Notes under the pieces: model-generated
What the model saw: the letters and a program-made list of their open reading frames with translations, nothing else
Told to the model about the DNA's origin: nothing
Database searches by the model: none
DNA from: Torpedo marmorata
Taxonomy: Eukaryota
Assembly: GCA_977017645.1 (NCBI GenBank)
Contig: OZ360236.1
Location: forward strand, 50,778,001-50,842,000
DNA: 64,000 nt
Reading direction: 5' to 3'
Part shown: one piece after another, positions 37,265 through 50,200 of the stretch
Layout of the letters: each line of letters opens with the position of its first letter
How positions within the stretch are numbered: the stretch's first letter is position 1
Translations under genes and position numbers: made by a program

Positions 37265-39607
37265 TTTTAATTATATTTCATTCCTGTTAATGTTATCTCT
37301 TCCATCCCAGACCCCTATCTCACTCTCTTTAACTTCTTTCTTCAGTCTCCATTGAGCCAACATGTGTCCCCTCCAGCAATTCACACAGATAAAAAAAAAA
37401 AATACAATTAATGAATACATTCCCCCCTCTCTACAAAAAAGAAAACATAATCTAACTACTTCCCCTCTAGCGCTATTAATATATACAGCGCTACCCCCCC
37501 TCTATTTTACGGGTCGCGACCTTGGCCGCGAAAATACACATGATTGTAGTAGAAATCAAGATCTCATCCTCCTCCCCCCAACCCTCCTGGTATAACATTT
37601 TTAACATAGACATTCTTTTATCATCAGTTTTACCAAATTACAAACTGATATATATCACTCCATTAACAAATTTTAAAAAACATTCATTTTTTAACGATCA
37701 TCCCTAATCAGCGGCAGTTCATTAGCAAATTCCTCTGCTAGAGTACAATCTGTAAAGAAATATCTTGGGGTTCGGACAGATAATAAATTAAAAAATCTAT
37801 ATAAATGGAACTATGTACCATTACTTAACAAGATTAAGGAGGATTTAGAAAAGTGGACTAATTTACCAATTACACTGATAGGAAGAGTTAACTGTATCAA
37901 AATGAATATATTTCCAAGGATACAGTATTTGTATCAGACTATACCTATTTTATTACCACAGGTTTTCTTTCAGGACTTAAATAAACAAGTGCGAAAATTT
38001 TTATGGAAAGGTAAAATGTCAAGAGTTTCAATGGAACGTTTAACATGGAAATATTAATTGGGGGGTTTGCAACTCCCTAATTTTAAGAATTATTACCGAG
38101 CGGCACAAATGCGATTTGTTGCTTCTTTTTTTGAAACTGAAGAAAGACCTGCGTGGGTTGGAATAGAACTAGGAGAAATAGGAGAAAAGGTGCCACAAGA
38201 ATTTATATACAAATGGAATTCAAAACTATTGACAGGTGTTAAAGAAACGCCGTTATTAAAACATTTGATTAATGTTTGGTATAAGGTTAATGATGACATA
38301 GGGTTGAAAGGAAGTATATCACCCAAAGTGCCTTTGATACAGAATAATCTTATACCATTTACAAAAGATAATCAATTTTTAAATACTTGGTCATTAAAAG
38401 GAATAAAGAAGATAGAAGATTGTTATGAAGGAAATCAATTGATGTCATTTATACAATTACGGAATAAATATGGAATACCCAATAATACTCTTTTTTGTTA
38501 TTTTCAACTAAGAGGTTATTTAAGAGAAAAACTAGGTCCAGATTTGTTGTTACAAGATTGTAGTGAGGTAGAAACTCTTATTAGGAAAGGAAATATTAAG
38601 AAATGTACTTCTATAGTGTATTCTTTGCTACAAAGGGGAGCTTTAAAACGAGGACTTCATAAATCTAAACAAAGATGGGAACAAGATCTTAATGTTACAA
38701 TTGATGAAAAAAGGTGGTCGGATTTATGTTTAGATAGTATGACTAATACTGTTAATGTAAGATATAGATTGGTACAATATAACTTTTTACATCAATTATA
38801 TTTTACACCACAAAAATTGAATAAGATAAATTCTACGATATCAAATAAATGTTTTAGATGTGGTGAAGAAGCGGGAACCTTTTTACACTCAACGTGGTCA
38901 TGTTCAAAAGTTTAAGGTTTTTGGATAGAGCTAGGAAATCGGTTAAAACAAATTACAGGTGTTACATTTCCACAGAATCCTGACTTATTTTTATTGGGAA
39001 ATGTGGAAGGAATTAGACCAAAATTGAAGTTATCTACATGGCAATTGAAATTTGTAAAAATTGCATTAGCAGTAGCAAGGAAATGTATAGCAGTAACTTG
39101 GAAATCGGATACAAATTTAAGTATGGATAGATGGAACTCAGAGATGCAGAGTTGTATTCCATTGGAAAGAATAACATATAACATGAGGAATAAATATGGG
39201 GTATTTTTGCAAATTTGGCGTCCATTTATCCAATTATTAGGAATGAATATTTAAATGTGTTGCTCTACATCCTAGACCCTGCTGACTCTCTTAAATTTAA
39301 ACTTAAAGAATGAATACTGTTGAATGTCTCGCATCGAGCCGTGGACCCGTACGGATGGTTTTTTTGATAAATGTCAATGTCTTCTCCTCTTTCTTCTTTT
39401 TTTTCTTTATTTTTAGTTAGGGGAGGAAGTAAGGGATGGGAGGGGTGGAGGGTGGGTTGTTTTAGTGAGGGTGGGTTGAGATGGGGTTAGAATCATGGTA
39501 ATACAAATTTTGTTTGTATTTAATTCATTAATGTCTATCATATATTTTGTACTATTTTGTATTATTGTGAAAAATTTGAAAACTTAAAATAAAATATATT
39601 AAAAAAA
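34989..39607 (+). mobile_element. L1 element B (inner) with 5' inversion
   Basis: 34989-~37758 on minus strand (ORF1 end, spacer, ORF2 up to FKLPHN); ~37758-39607 on plus strand (KYLGVRTD... to polyA); TSD aagaatagatattca at 34974-34988 and 39608-39622. Confidence 0.93.
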
Positions 39608-42600
39608 AAGAATAGATATTCAAAAGATAATATAGCTAGATTAATTAGTTTAATTAATTTACAAAAAAAGAAGGAAGATTTATCATTAGTATTAATGCTA
39701 GACGCCGAAAAGGCTTTTGATAGATTAGAGTGGAATTTTTTATTTAAGGTATTGGAGAAATTTGGTTTTGGAATTACATTTATTAATTGGATTAAAACTA
39801 TATATAAAGAACCATCAGCTAAAGTAGTTACAAATTTCTTCAAGATTTCCTTTGACTCGATCTACTAGACAAGGATGTCCTTTGTCACCAGCGTTATTTA
39901 TTTTGGCGATAGAACCTTTGGCAGAATTAGTTAGAAAAGATCCTAAAATAGTTGGTATTAAAGTTGGAATGGAAGAACATAAAATTAGTTTATTTGCAGA
40001 TGATGTATTGATATATATGACAAAATCTACTACATCTTTAGTACAATTGTCTGCGTTATTGAGAGAATATGGGGAAATATCTGGATATAAAATTAATTCT
40101 GATAAAAGTGAAATTATGGCATTATCACAAGGGGATTATAGTAAATGTAAAGAAATTACACAATTTAAATGGGCAAAGGAAGGAATTAAATATTTGAGAA
40201 TAAGGATTGACACAAAATTGGCTAATTTATATAAATTAAATTATTTACCATTATTTGTGAAAATAAAAAAGGATTTAGAAAATTGGAAAGATTTACCTAT
40301 AACTTTAATGGGAAGAGTAAATTGTATTAAAATGAATGTTTTTCCAAGAATTCAATATCTTATTCAATCAATTCCTTATGAAATTCCTCAAAAGTTTTTC
40401 AAAGATTTAAATTCAATTATTAGAAAATTTTTATGGAAAGGAAAGTTAGCAAGAGTAGGTATGGAAAAATTAACTTGGAATTATGAAATAGGTGGTTTAC
40501 AACTTCCTAATTTCCAAAATTATTATAAAGCAGCTCAATTAAAATTTGTTAATGAATTTTTTGATTCAACTAAATCTTCTGCTTTGATTAAAATAGAACT
40601 AAATAATATAGGAGAAGATTCCAAAGAAGAAGTTATTTATAAATGGGATTCTAAATTAATATCAACAAGAAAGAAAAATTCTCCTATTCTTAAACATTTG
40701 TTAGAAATATGGAATAAGATGGATAAGGAAATAGGAGGAAAAGGATTGATTTCTTCAAGGATGCCTTTATATCAAAATGGACTTATTCCATTTACTATTA
40801 ATAATCAATTATTTAAAATTTGGTTTCAAAAAGGAATTAAGAAAATAAATGATTGTTTTGAAGCTGGGAAATTTATTACTTTTCAAAGAATGAAAGATAA
40901 ATTTAATATATTAGATAATACACTTTTTGCTTATTATCAAATTAGAGCTTTTCTGATTGAGAAATTAGGTTATGCTTTGATTTTACCAAGACAGAATGAA
41001 TTAGAATTATTAGTTACTAAAGGAGATGTAAATAAATTTATTTCTCAAATGTATAAATTGTTTCAGAGGAAAATTCCTAAAGTAGGAATTCATAAATCAA
41101 GATTAAAATGGGAATTAGATTTGAATGTAATAATAGATGAAAATCATTAGAAAGAATTATGTAAATTAAGTATGACGAAGATTATTAACGTTAGATATAG
41201 ATTAGTACAATACCATTTTTTTCATCAATTATATTTAACACCTAAAAAACTAAAGAAATTTAATTCGACATTATCAGGTTTATGTTTTAGATGTAATAAA
41301 GAGGAAGGTTCTTTTGTACATTCTACATGGTTTTGTCCAAAAGTTTATGATTTCTGGTTGAAAGTTAAAAAAATTTTAGATAAGGTATTTAAGATTACAT
41401 TTCCAATGGATCCTATGATATTTTTGTTTGGAGATATTAGAAAATTTAGTATTAAGATGAAATTAAATATGTATCAAATAGAATTTCTGCGAATTGCTTT
41501 AGCTGTTTCAAAGAAATGTATTGCTATTACTTGGAAATCTGATCTCGATTTAGGGTTAGAAAGATGGCATGCAGAACTTCGTTCATGTATACCACTTGAA
41601 AAAATTACTTATAACTTACGGAATAAATATCATTTCTTTTTAAAAATATGGAGCCCATATATGAAAGCTGTTGGCTTAAGGATTTGAAGATCTCTGGACA
41701 TCGGATATACTGGCTACCTAACCTCCATAATAGAATTAGTTTATAGATGTATTTATTAGATTGACATTCTCCTTACCTTATCCTTTTCTTTTTCTTCTTT
41801 TTTTAAATTATTTTATTAGATTAGTGGGGTTGGGAGGGTTGGGGAGGGGAGGGAGGGAGGGGGGGGTGAAAATGTATCACAAGTATTTGATAATTTTATA
41901 TTTTATTTTATGTATTTTGTGATTTAAAATTTTTAAATAAAATAATAAAAAAACATGACATAAGTTGTCCCTGCTCATAGCAATCCTCGACACATCTGAT
42001 CCCTTTCCGGGACCAGGCGTCCAGGATCTTATTATCCATTGTAAAAGGTATACACCTATTTTGAGCCAGGTGCGTATTTGGAGATAACCTCCCCTTATTC
42101 CCAATTTGATCATTTATTTTATACCAGGTATCAATTATATGTTTCAACAGGGGGGTTTCTTTCACACCAGATATTAATTTTTTATCCATTTGTATATAGT
42201 CTTTTGCTATCTTCTCTCCCACCTTATGCAGTTCCATCTTTACCCAGGAAGGCTTGTCTTCCCCTTCAAAGAAGGAGGTGACAAATTTCATTTGGGCTGC
42301 CCAATAATATTTTTTGAAATCTGGAAGTTGTAAACCTCCCAGTTCATATCTCCATGTTAATTTTTCCGTGGAGACTCTGGCTACCTTACCTCTCCAAATG
42401 AACTTCCTGATATATTTATTTAATTCTTGAAAGAACCCTCGAGGCAATGGTATAGGTAGTGTTTGGAAAAGATATTGGATCCGTGGCAATATATTCATTT
42501 TTATACAATTGACCCTGCCAATAAGTGTTATTGGCAGTGCCGTCCATCTGTTAAGATCCTCTTCAGCTTTTCTAAGCAAGGGGAAGTAATTTAACTTATA

Positions 42601-44999
42601 CAAATCTTGTAAGTTGTTATTTGTTTTAATGCCTAAATATTTTATCCCATTTGCCGGCCACTTAAAATTTAAATTCCTTTGGTATTGAGTATAATCTCCA
42701 CCTGTAAGTGGCATAATTTCACTTTTGTCCCAATTTATCTTATAACCGGAAATTTTCCCATAATCTTCCAATTTTAAGTGCAATTTTTCTAATGAAACTG
42801 CTGCTTCTGTCAGGTATATCAGTACATCATCCGCAAATAAGTTAATTTTGTGCTCTTCCTGGTTAACCCTGAATTCCTTAATGTCTGGATCTCGCCAAAT
42901 AGCTTCTGCTAACGGTTCTATAACCAAAATAAAAAGAGCTGGAGACAGTTGACAGCCTTGCCTGGTAGATCTGGATAGTGGGAATGCTGAGGAAATTTGT
43001 CCATTAGTCACAACTCTAGCTTGGGGCTTATTATATAAAGCCTTAATCCAGTTTATAAAATTCTGTCCAAGTCCAAATCGATCCAGCACTTTAAATAAAA
43101 AATCCCACTCCACTCTATCAAAAGCTTTTTCTGCATCCAGGGCCACAGCGACACCTTGATACCCTCTTGATTGTGCCAGATGTATTATACTAAGCAATCT
43201 GCTTACATTATCTACTATTTGTCTTTTTCGTATAAAGCCTGTTTGGTCCATATTTATCAATTTTGGCAAAAAAACTGCCAGTCTGTTTGCCAAAGCTTTT
43301 GCAATGATCTTATAGTCTGAATTTAATAATGAAATAGGTCTATAAGAAGACGGCTTTAATGGATCCCTATCTTTTTTGGGTATCACTGTAATTATTGCTG
43401 TTGAGAATGATTCTGGGAGGGTATGTGTCTCGACCGCTTGATCCAACACCTCCATAAGTAGTGGTATCAAAAGATCTTTAAATTCATTGTAAAATTCAGG
43501 TGGAAATCCATCCTCCCCCAGAGATTTATTAATTTGCAATGAACCCAGTGCCCCCTCCATCTCTACTTGAGTAAAGGGGGCATTGAGCTCCCTCTGTTCT
43601 TCTAAATCTAGATTTGGAAGATCCAATTGTGACAGGAATCCTTCAATTTCACTAATATTCCTTTGAGATTCTGATTCATATAGTCTAGTGTAAAATTGTT
43701 TAAAGGCCTCATTAATATCCTGTGGTTTATAGGAAATCCTGTCTGTTTCCATTTTGATCGCATTAATCGTTCTTGAGACCTGTTCTGTTTTCAACTGCCA
43801 TGCTAAGACCTTTTGGGCTCTTTCCCCTAGCTCATAGTATTTTTGTTTAGTTCTGGTTATCATTTTCTCCATTTTATATGTTTGTAATGTATTATACTTG
43901 AGTTTTTTATTAATTAATTTTCTACGTTTTTCCTCTGAGCCTGACTTTTGAAGGTCTTTTTCCAAATGAGATATCTCGTGTTCTAATTCATCCACCTCCC
44001 TTGTATATTCCTTTTTCATCTTTGTAGTGTAACTGATTATTTGTCCTTGCAAATATGCTTTTAAAGTATCCCAGATAATAAATTTATTTGTAGTAGAAGT
44101 ACAGTTGGTCTCACAGAACGTTGTAATTCCTTTTCTCATAAAATTATGAAACTCCTGTCTTCTCAACAGCCCTGAATTTAATCTCCATCTATACACCGTC
44201 TTTTGTTTATCTGGCATTGTAATTTTTAATATCAGAGGTGATAGTAGTCTTGCTTTATATTCAGCTGCCACAATTCTACTCTGTAAATGAACCGATATCA
44301 AAAATAAATCTATCCTGGAGTATGAATCATGTCTGCATGAATAAAAAGAATAGTCCCTTTCCCTTGGATGGAGTCTTCTCCAGGCATCCATTAAATTCAG
44401 CTCCTTCATTAACTGCAAAGTAGCTTTAGCTGCTTTCGTCCTTGTGATTGTTCTTCCTGACTTATCTAGAACCGGATCCAGACAAAAATTAAAGTCTCCA
44501 CCCACTATAATATTTTGCTGTGCATCAGCCAATTTCAAAAATGTTTCATGTATAAATTTCTCATCATCCGTGTTGGGAGCATACAAATTCATCAGGGTCC
44601 AGGGCTTTGAATATATCTGACAGTGAACCATTATATACCCACCTGAAGGGTCTGCAATTATGTCTTGCGCTTTAATTGGAACATTTTCCCCTATTAAAAT
44701 TGCTACTCCCCTTGCTTTTGAGTTAAATGAAGATGCTATGACCTGACCCACCCATCCTCTCTTCAATTTTTGGTGTTCTTTTTCTGTTAAGTGAGTTTCT
44801 TGAAGGAAGGCCAGGAGTGCCAATGACTCTTGACCGACTACCATCCAATCCCATCAGTAATGTCCATCTATCTGGCTTCCGAATGGTGATGGAAGGAGAG
44901 GCACTGTTGCAGGACACTCAGTGTCAAAGCTCGTAGAACCCCTTTAAAGAAAGCGTCGGTCAAGATGTGATGAGCTTCATAACATCAGGACAAATGATT

Positions 45000-45120
45000 C
45001 TCATCAGTGATTCTCACTGGAGTTTATATCCCTCCCGATACCCATTACAAACAGACACTTGCAGTCCTGCATGATGTGGTCAGTAAACAAAAGCCGGCCC
45101 ACCCTCACACTTTCCCAGAT
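45000..45120 (+). mobile_element. Rex1-type endonuclease fragment
   Basis: ILTGVYIPP...LHDVVSKQ..AHP. Confidence 0.55.
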
Positions 45121-45518
45121 GCTCACACAGTCTCCTGTATTGTCTTCACTGATTCTTTGGAATCCCTGGCTATAATCACTCAAAATGGAGAAGGAGCACT
45201 CGGGAGATAACCGAACACCTTACGTTTCTACATTATGAGAATGTAGGGACCAAGAGCTCTTGGTCATCCTCAATCCTGATAGTCTAAAAAGAAATAAGCA
45301 TGTTCAGAACACATAAATTCTGCAGCCATATTTGAAATTCATTCTATATATTTATTTAGCCACTTCCATTACCTCAGCATGTTTGAAAGTTGTTCCCAGC
45401 TAAATGAGTAAGCAAACGTGCTACAATTCTAGTTAAGGGATGTACACCACCAAGGTGTCACAGCAGATTGAGGTAAATAACCCCATATCTGTTGTTACTT
45501 GAATTACAGATACAGGTA

Positions 45519-45736
45519 CAGTATACCCCGCTTTACGAAACTAGAGCGTTCCTATGAAACCCTTCATAAGCCGAAATGGAGTAAAGCGAAGACCCATTCA
45601 CTACTATTGAAGGCTATTTTCATAAAAGCGAAAACCCATTCAAAACCCATTCAAACCCTTTCGTAAAAGCAAACACAGGTTTCTTTGTAAAAGCAAATTT
45701 TCGTAAAGCGAGTATTCATAAAACGGGGTTTACCTG
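45519..45736. mobile_element. Tigger/pogo-like MITE
   Basis: TA-cagtataccccgctttacgaa ... ttcataaaacggggtttacctg-TA inverted repeats. Confidence 0.75.
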
Positions 45737-46071
45737 TATTGGTCAGGCCACCCGTACATCTGGTACAATGGGATTTTTTTTTAATTCTTGCTCTGAACTG
45801 AAACTTTTTTTCACTGCTGCAGTTTAAATTTCTCCTAATAAAGTCTGACCTTTCATATTATAAATATTTACAGGGTAATGTTTTGTGTTTGCTCTCAAAA
45901 AAATAATTTTGCTTCTCATGAACTAGTGTCGTAGGAAGGAGTAAATTAAACCAACAATGTTTGGATGTACTTCTGGAGCTTTTATTTCACAGTTTCCTGC
46001 CTCCAACCACCCTGCCTGCTCACTCAGTCTTTGTCCCATCTCATGTATTTTTTTACCAATAAACCAAAGTA

Positions 46072-46413
46072 TAGGCAGTCCCCAGGTTACGAACGTCCGA
46101 CTTACGGACAACTTGTTCTTACGAACGGACTACACGCAGCTTCCGGTGCGTCGGCTCGAGTAAGGAGAAAGCCGTCTGCCATTTTAAGTTGGATCACGTT
46201 GCCGTTAACATTGTGTTGAGTGTGCCTACTTCAAGAAATTAACTCCAGTAGTTTTATATGCATAGAAAGGTAAAATATATACTATATACTAAGACAAACA
46301 TTTGACTAACTGACGCTAAATAAGAACCGTATGTACCTGTTCCGACTTACCTACAAATTTGACTTAAAGGCAGACTTAGGAACGGATCTCATTCATAACC
46401 CAGGGACTGCCTG
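46072..46413. mobile_element. Tigger/pogo-like MITE
   Basis: aggcagtccccaggttacgaa ... ttcataacccagggactgcctg-TA inverted repeats. Confidence 0.8.
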
Positions 46414-46599
46414 TAATCACAGATTTTGAAAAAAAGCTCTTTTTTTTTGCAGCCCCTATTTTTTCCCCCAAGAAGCTCAGAGCAGTTTCAGGATTTTGTA
46501 AGAAGATGGAGGTGTTTTACCTGCAAGGCTAAAACCCATGTTATAATGGACCAATGACAGAAGCTCCTCTGTTAACCGGGAGGAAGTCTATCCTTAGTG

Positions 46600-46848
46600 T
46601 GAGAAACACAAAAGCTGCACATGCTGGAGTCTTGAGCAGACGAAGAATTGATGGAGTAACTCAGCAGATCAGTCAGTATCCATGGTTCGAAATGGTTAGT
46701 CAACATTTCAAGTTAAAATTCTTTATTAAGAACAGACTCCCACATTTTTCCAGTCTCAGTAAAGGTCTTTGGCTTCAAACATCGACCATTGTTTTTCTTC
46801 CACTGATGCTGCTTGACTTGCTGAGTTCCTCCTCCAGCAGAATGTGTT
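46600..46848. mobile_element. Old palindromic mini-Penelope
   Basis: Inverted arms (aactcagca / tgctgagtt) with two degenerate hammerhead remnants. Confidence 0.55.
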
Positions 46849-46916
46849 TAGCTTGGATGGAGAAATTTTGTGCAGAGGTGAAAAATCTCTGATTGGGGTC
46901 ACAATTACATGTGTGG

Positions 46917-47788
46917 ATAAGATGGGAATCAGACTTAGGTATAGTAATTGATGAAGAATTATGGTCAGAATTGTGTCAGAATAGTATGTTAATTACTATA
47001 AATGTACGTTATAAATTGGTCTCCTATAATTTTCTTCATCAATTATATTTGACTCCACAGAAATTACATAAATTTAAACCAGAATTATCAGAGATGTGTT
47101 TTAGATGTGGAACGGAGTTTGGTTCTTTTTTATATTCGACAAGGATGTGCTGTAAGTTGAGGCAATTTTGGCATAATCTCTGTGACATCTTATCTAAAGT
47201 TATTGGAGTTACTCTAATTTTAGATCCAGAAATATGCCTTTTTGGAAATTTTACTACTATTAAGGACACCTTAACCAGATATCAAATTATATTTTTGGGA
47301 ATAGCTTTTTGTGTGGCTAGAAAGTGTTTAATGACAACTTGGAAGTCAGATTCCCCATTGTCTATTGATAGATAGACCTCAGAAATAAATAGTTGTATTC
47401 CATTGGAGAAAATTACGTATAACATTAAAAACAAACAGGTTATTTTTTATAAATTTTGACAACTTTATTTAGATTATTTGGGGTCAGGATAAATTAAATC
47501 AAAGAAGATTTGTTATTAATTTGTTTTGGGTTCTTTCACGCGATAAGCCCGGTTGCCGGGAAGCCTTGGAGTTTTTCTTTCTTTTATATATTTGAAATTA
47601 GTAATTATATAAACATTGTCGACCATTTGTTTTGTTTAGTTTTTTTTTCTTTGGGGGGGAGGTTTGGGGTAATTGTTTTTTTTAATTATATATGTTACTT
47701 TTATTGTATTACTATATAATGTGATATCTGTTTTTGAAGTATTTTGTTTCATTGTTTGTTAAAAATTAAAATAAAATATTTAAAAAAA
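46917..47788 (+). mobile_element. L1 3' fragment
   Basis: RWESDLG..NVRYKL..CFRC..TWKS; polyA; degenerate TSD acaattaca...gtgg at 46901-46916 and 47789-47804. Confidence 0.85.
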
Positions 47789-48124
47789 ACAATTACACAA
47801 GTGGTCTAGAAATTAGATCACATGGTGCCTCCTCTTTTGTTCGCATTATTACCTAATTCCAATAAAAATTTCAATCGCCAAGTAAAATCACAGATTCGCT
47901 GTAAGTTTCACGAGAGCCGTGACTTCCCTTTTGCATGCTCTGCTTCTCTGATCTGCAAATATGAAACAACTTCCATGTTGGACATTACTGTCTTGAATTT
48001 GGAACATGTATGTGAGACCCGTGGATGGTACTGGTTACCAATAAAGGTGGCATCCTTCACTGCACTTGTGAGACCAAATTTGTCATTACTGTACTTAAAC
48101 ATGACATGTTGCACCAAGTCCAAT

Positions 48125-48282
48125 ACCAGAATAGAAAATGCGAGAAAGACTCAGCAGTTTGGGCAGAGTCTAAGACTCCTCATCAGTTATCAGTTTCTCT
48201 TTCTACAGATGATGTCTGCCCTGTTATGTATTTATATCAATATCTGTTTTTATCTCAGATTTTCAGCATCTGCAATTTTTTT
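48125..48282. mobile_element. Old palindromic Penelope-tail remnant
   Basis: gaaaatgc..actcagcag arm followed by cagatg..ttcagcatctgca arm. Confidence 0.45.
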
Positions 48283-48499
48283 GATTTTCAATTGGAACCA
48301 ACCACTACTACACAGATTCTCTAGAATTCACTTCCATGGTATCCTCTACACCACTCCCCCATCAGACTGATCCCCGACCCTACCCTGTCCCACAGCCCAA
48401 CCTTTGTACAATTCAAGCACCCAATAACATCTCAATTCCGGAAACCTGATCAAAATTCCAAAAGATCGATTCATTCCCAAACTGCTTCAGATGATGCTC

Positions 48500-48839
48500 T
48501 GAAGAGGTATAGGTGCCATTAGACTCGCACCACCAGGTTCAGGAACAGATGCTACCCCTCTACCATCAGACTCCTCAACAACAAACTCAATCAGGAACTC
48601 ATTTATGGACGCTTAATTTTGCACTTTATTGATTTTTTTTTCTCTCTGCATAGCACAGTTTGTTTGCATTATTTATTTGTTTACATGTGTACGTTGAGTA
48701 CAGTTTTATTTGCACTTCCAATAAGTGGTAATTCTGCCTCGCCCACAGAAAAAAGAATCTCAGGGTTGTATGTGACATCATGTATGTTCTCTGACAATTA
48801 ATATGAAATCTGAAATCTGAGTCTGAATCTGAATCTGAA
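48500..48839 (+). mobile_element. Rex1 3' end with (AATCTG)n tail
   Basis: KRYRCH.TRTTRFRN coding; homologous to the 9701 and 11719 tails. Confidence 0.8.
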
Positions 48840-49989
48840 CCTCTTGCTACATTTTCACCCATTCTGCAACTCAGACTGGTGCCCAAAACATACCTTATTT
48901 TCTCTGCATGCTCCAGCAGAGCTGAGTGCACGCAGGAAGGGCCTTTCAGGCAAGAAGTGCATGACATACATGATTTTTCTTGTGCAGGAACCAGATTGGG
49001 TGGCAAACCAACACCTGATGCACAAATAAAATCCAATTATAAGGCCGTATTATTAACAGGTTTGGAAAGCATAATGTTACAAATTAAATATTAATTAGCT
49101 GATTGTCTCATTTGTGTAAAAGTATGAAGGATGGAGATTCAGGCGGGATGGCAAATGTTTCATTTGATTTAAGCTGCTTGGGTTTCAGCCTCTTGAACTA
49201 CTGAGTCTTGCACTGCAGATCTTTAAACAACGCTTCTGTTGGCTTGACCCAATTAATGCACTTTTACAGGCAACAGTAACTTTTTTTGGCTGGTTTGTGT
49301 CAGAATTAAAATAATTCCCACTTTGCTCATTCCATGTTCAGAACCTACAGCATCAACAACTTGAAAGTATTTGATCTTACATTTTCAACCCAGGCCTCTG
49401 CTCCAGACTCATTTTTTTTTATCTGCAAAGGCTTTTATAATGGAAGGCAGCAATTAAAAGCAAACATTATTTGTTGGCTCGTGGTTAAATGCTTCAGTGA
49501 GAAATCATAGGGTTTAGGCCAGAAATTCACAATACAAATTTCAGACAGTTGCAAAGAATTAACATTAACATCAACCTCCCACTGTTTGCTGATTTTTTTT
49601 TAAGATCATTTAAGTCAGGGATAATGAGATCATAGGGAGACTCGTTTGCACAATTTATTGAATTAGACAGTGCATGGAACCTGAACTAATATCAGTAAAG
49701 TGAATCACAAGACCAGTCATGAACACTGCAAATTTTTTTGATTGCACATTCTATCAGACTCAATAACCTTTCCTGACATTACATATTTTCTCACCTTTTA
49801 AGGAAAAATATACATTTCCTCCAGAGTAAAGGAAGCATCAGACTGAAATATGGGGTCACTTTTAACATCTACAAAGCAAGAATGGTGTGTGGAGAGACTA
49901 TATAAGAACAGGAGGAATTCATTCAACCTCCTTAGTCTATTCTACCAATGAACAGTCTCCTCCTTTAATATAGAAGCCAACTCTCGTGC

Positions 49990-50200
49990 ACCGATCAGGA
50001 GTGTTGTGGAGGCTGGATCATTGAAGGGGTCTTGAAGTGGATACGCTCTTGACAAACCAGGGAATTGAGGGCTCTGGGGAACTGGAACAGGAAAGGAGAT
50101 GATGCCTGGGGCAGATTAACTATGATCATATTGAATGGCGGAGGAAGGCTTGTGCCACCAAGTGACCTGTTCCTGCCTCTATTTTCTTTGGTTCTTATGT
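49990..50200 (+). mobile_element. Old CR1 3' tail
   Basis: gttgtggaggctgg...atgatcatattgaatggcgga. Confidence 0.55.

Larger units (their letters stand above)
34295..41954 (+). mobile_element. L1 element A (middle), 5'-truncated ORF2 split by element B
   Basis: 34295-34988 and 39608-41954 are contiguous ORF2 (GFIKNRYS|KDNIARL); TSD atgacataagttgt at 34281-34294 and 41955-41968. Confidence 0.93.
33256..44811 (-). mobile_element. L1 element C (outer), ORF2 EN+RT split by element A
   Basis: ORF 41969-44811 open (FLQETH, GGDFN, YRPISL, DAEKAFDR, FADD) ends GQLMS and resumes MSFEQLKNKYG at 34287; zinc knuckle CFRC; 3'UTR/polyA near 33256. Confidence 0.93.

Noticed and set aside
41908-44844. Intact 978-aa gene or active L1
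   Set aside because: 5'-truncated within the endonuclease, start codon lies in flanking DNA, and the C-terminus is cut off by nested element A
47822-48370. 182-aa ORF
   Set aside because: Runs through a repeat remnant; no recognisable domain
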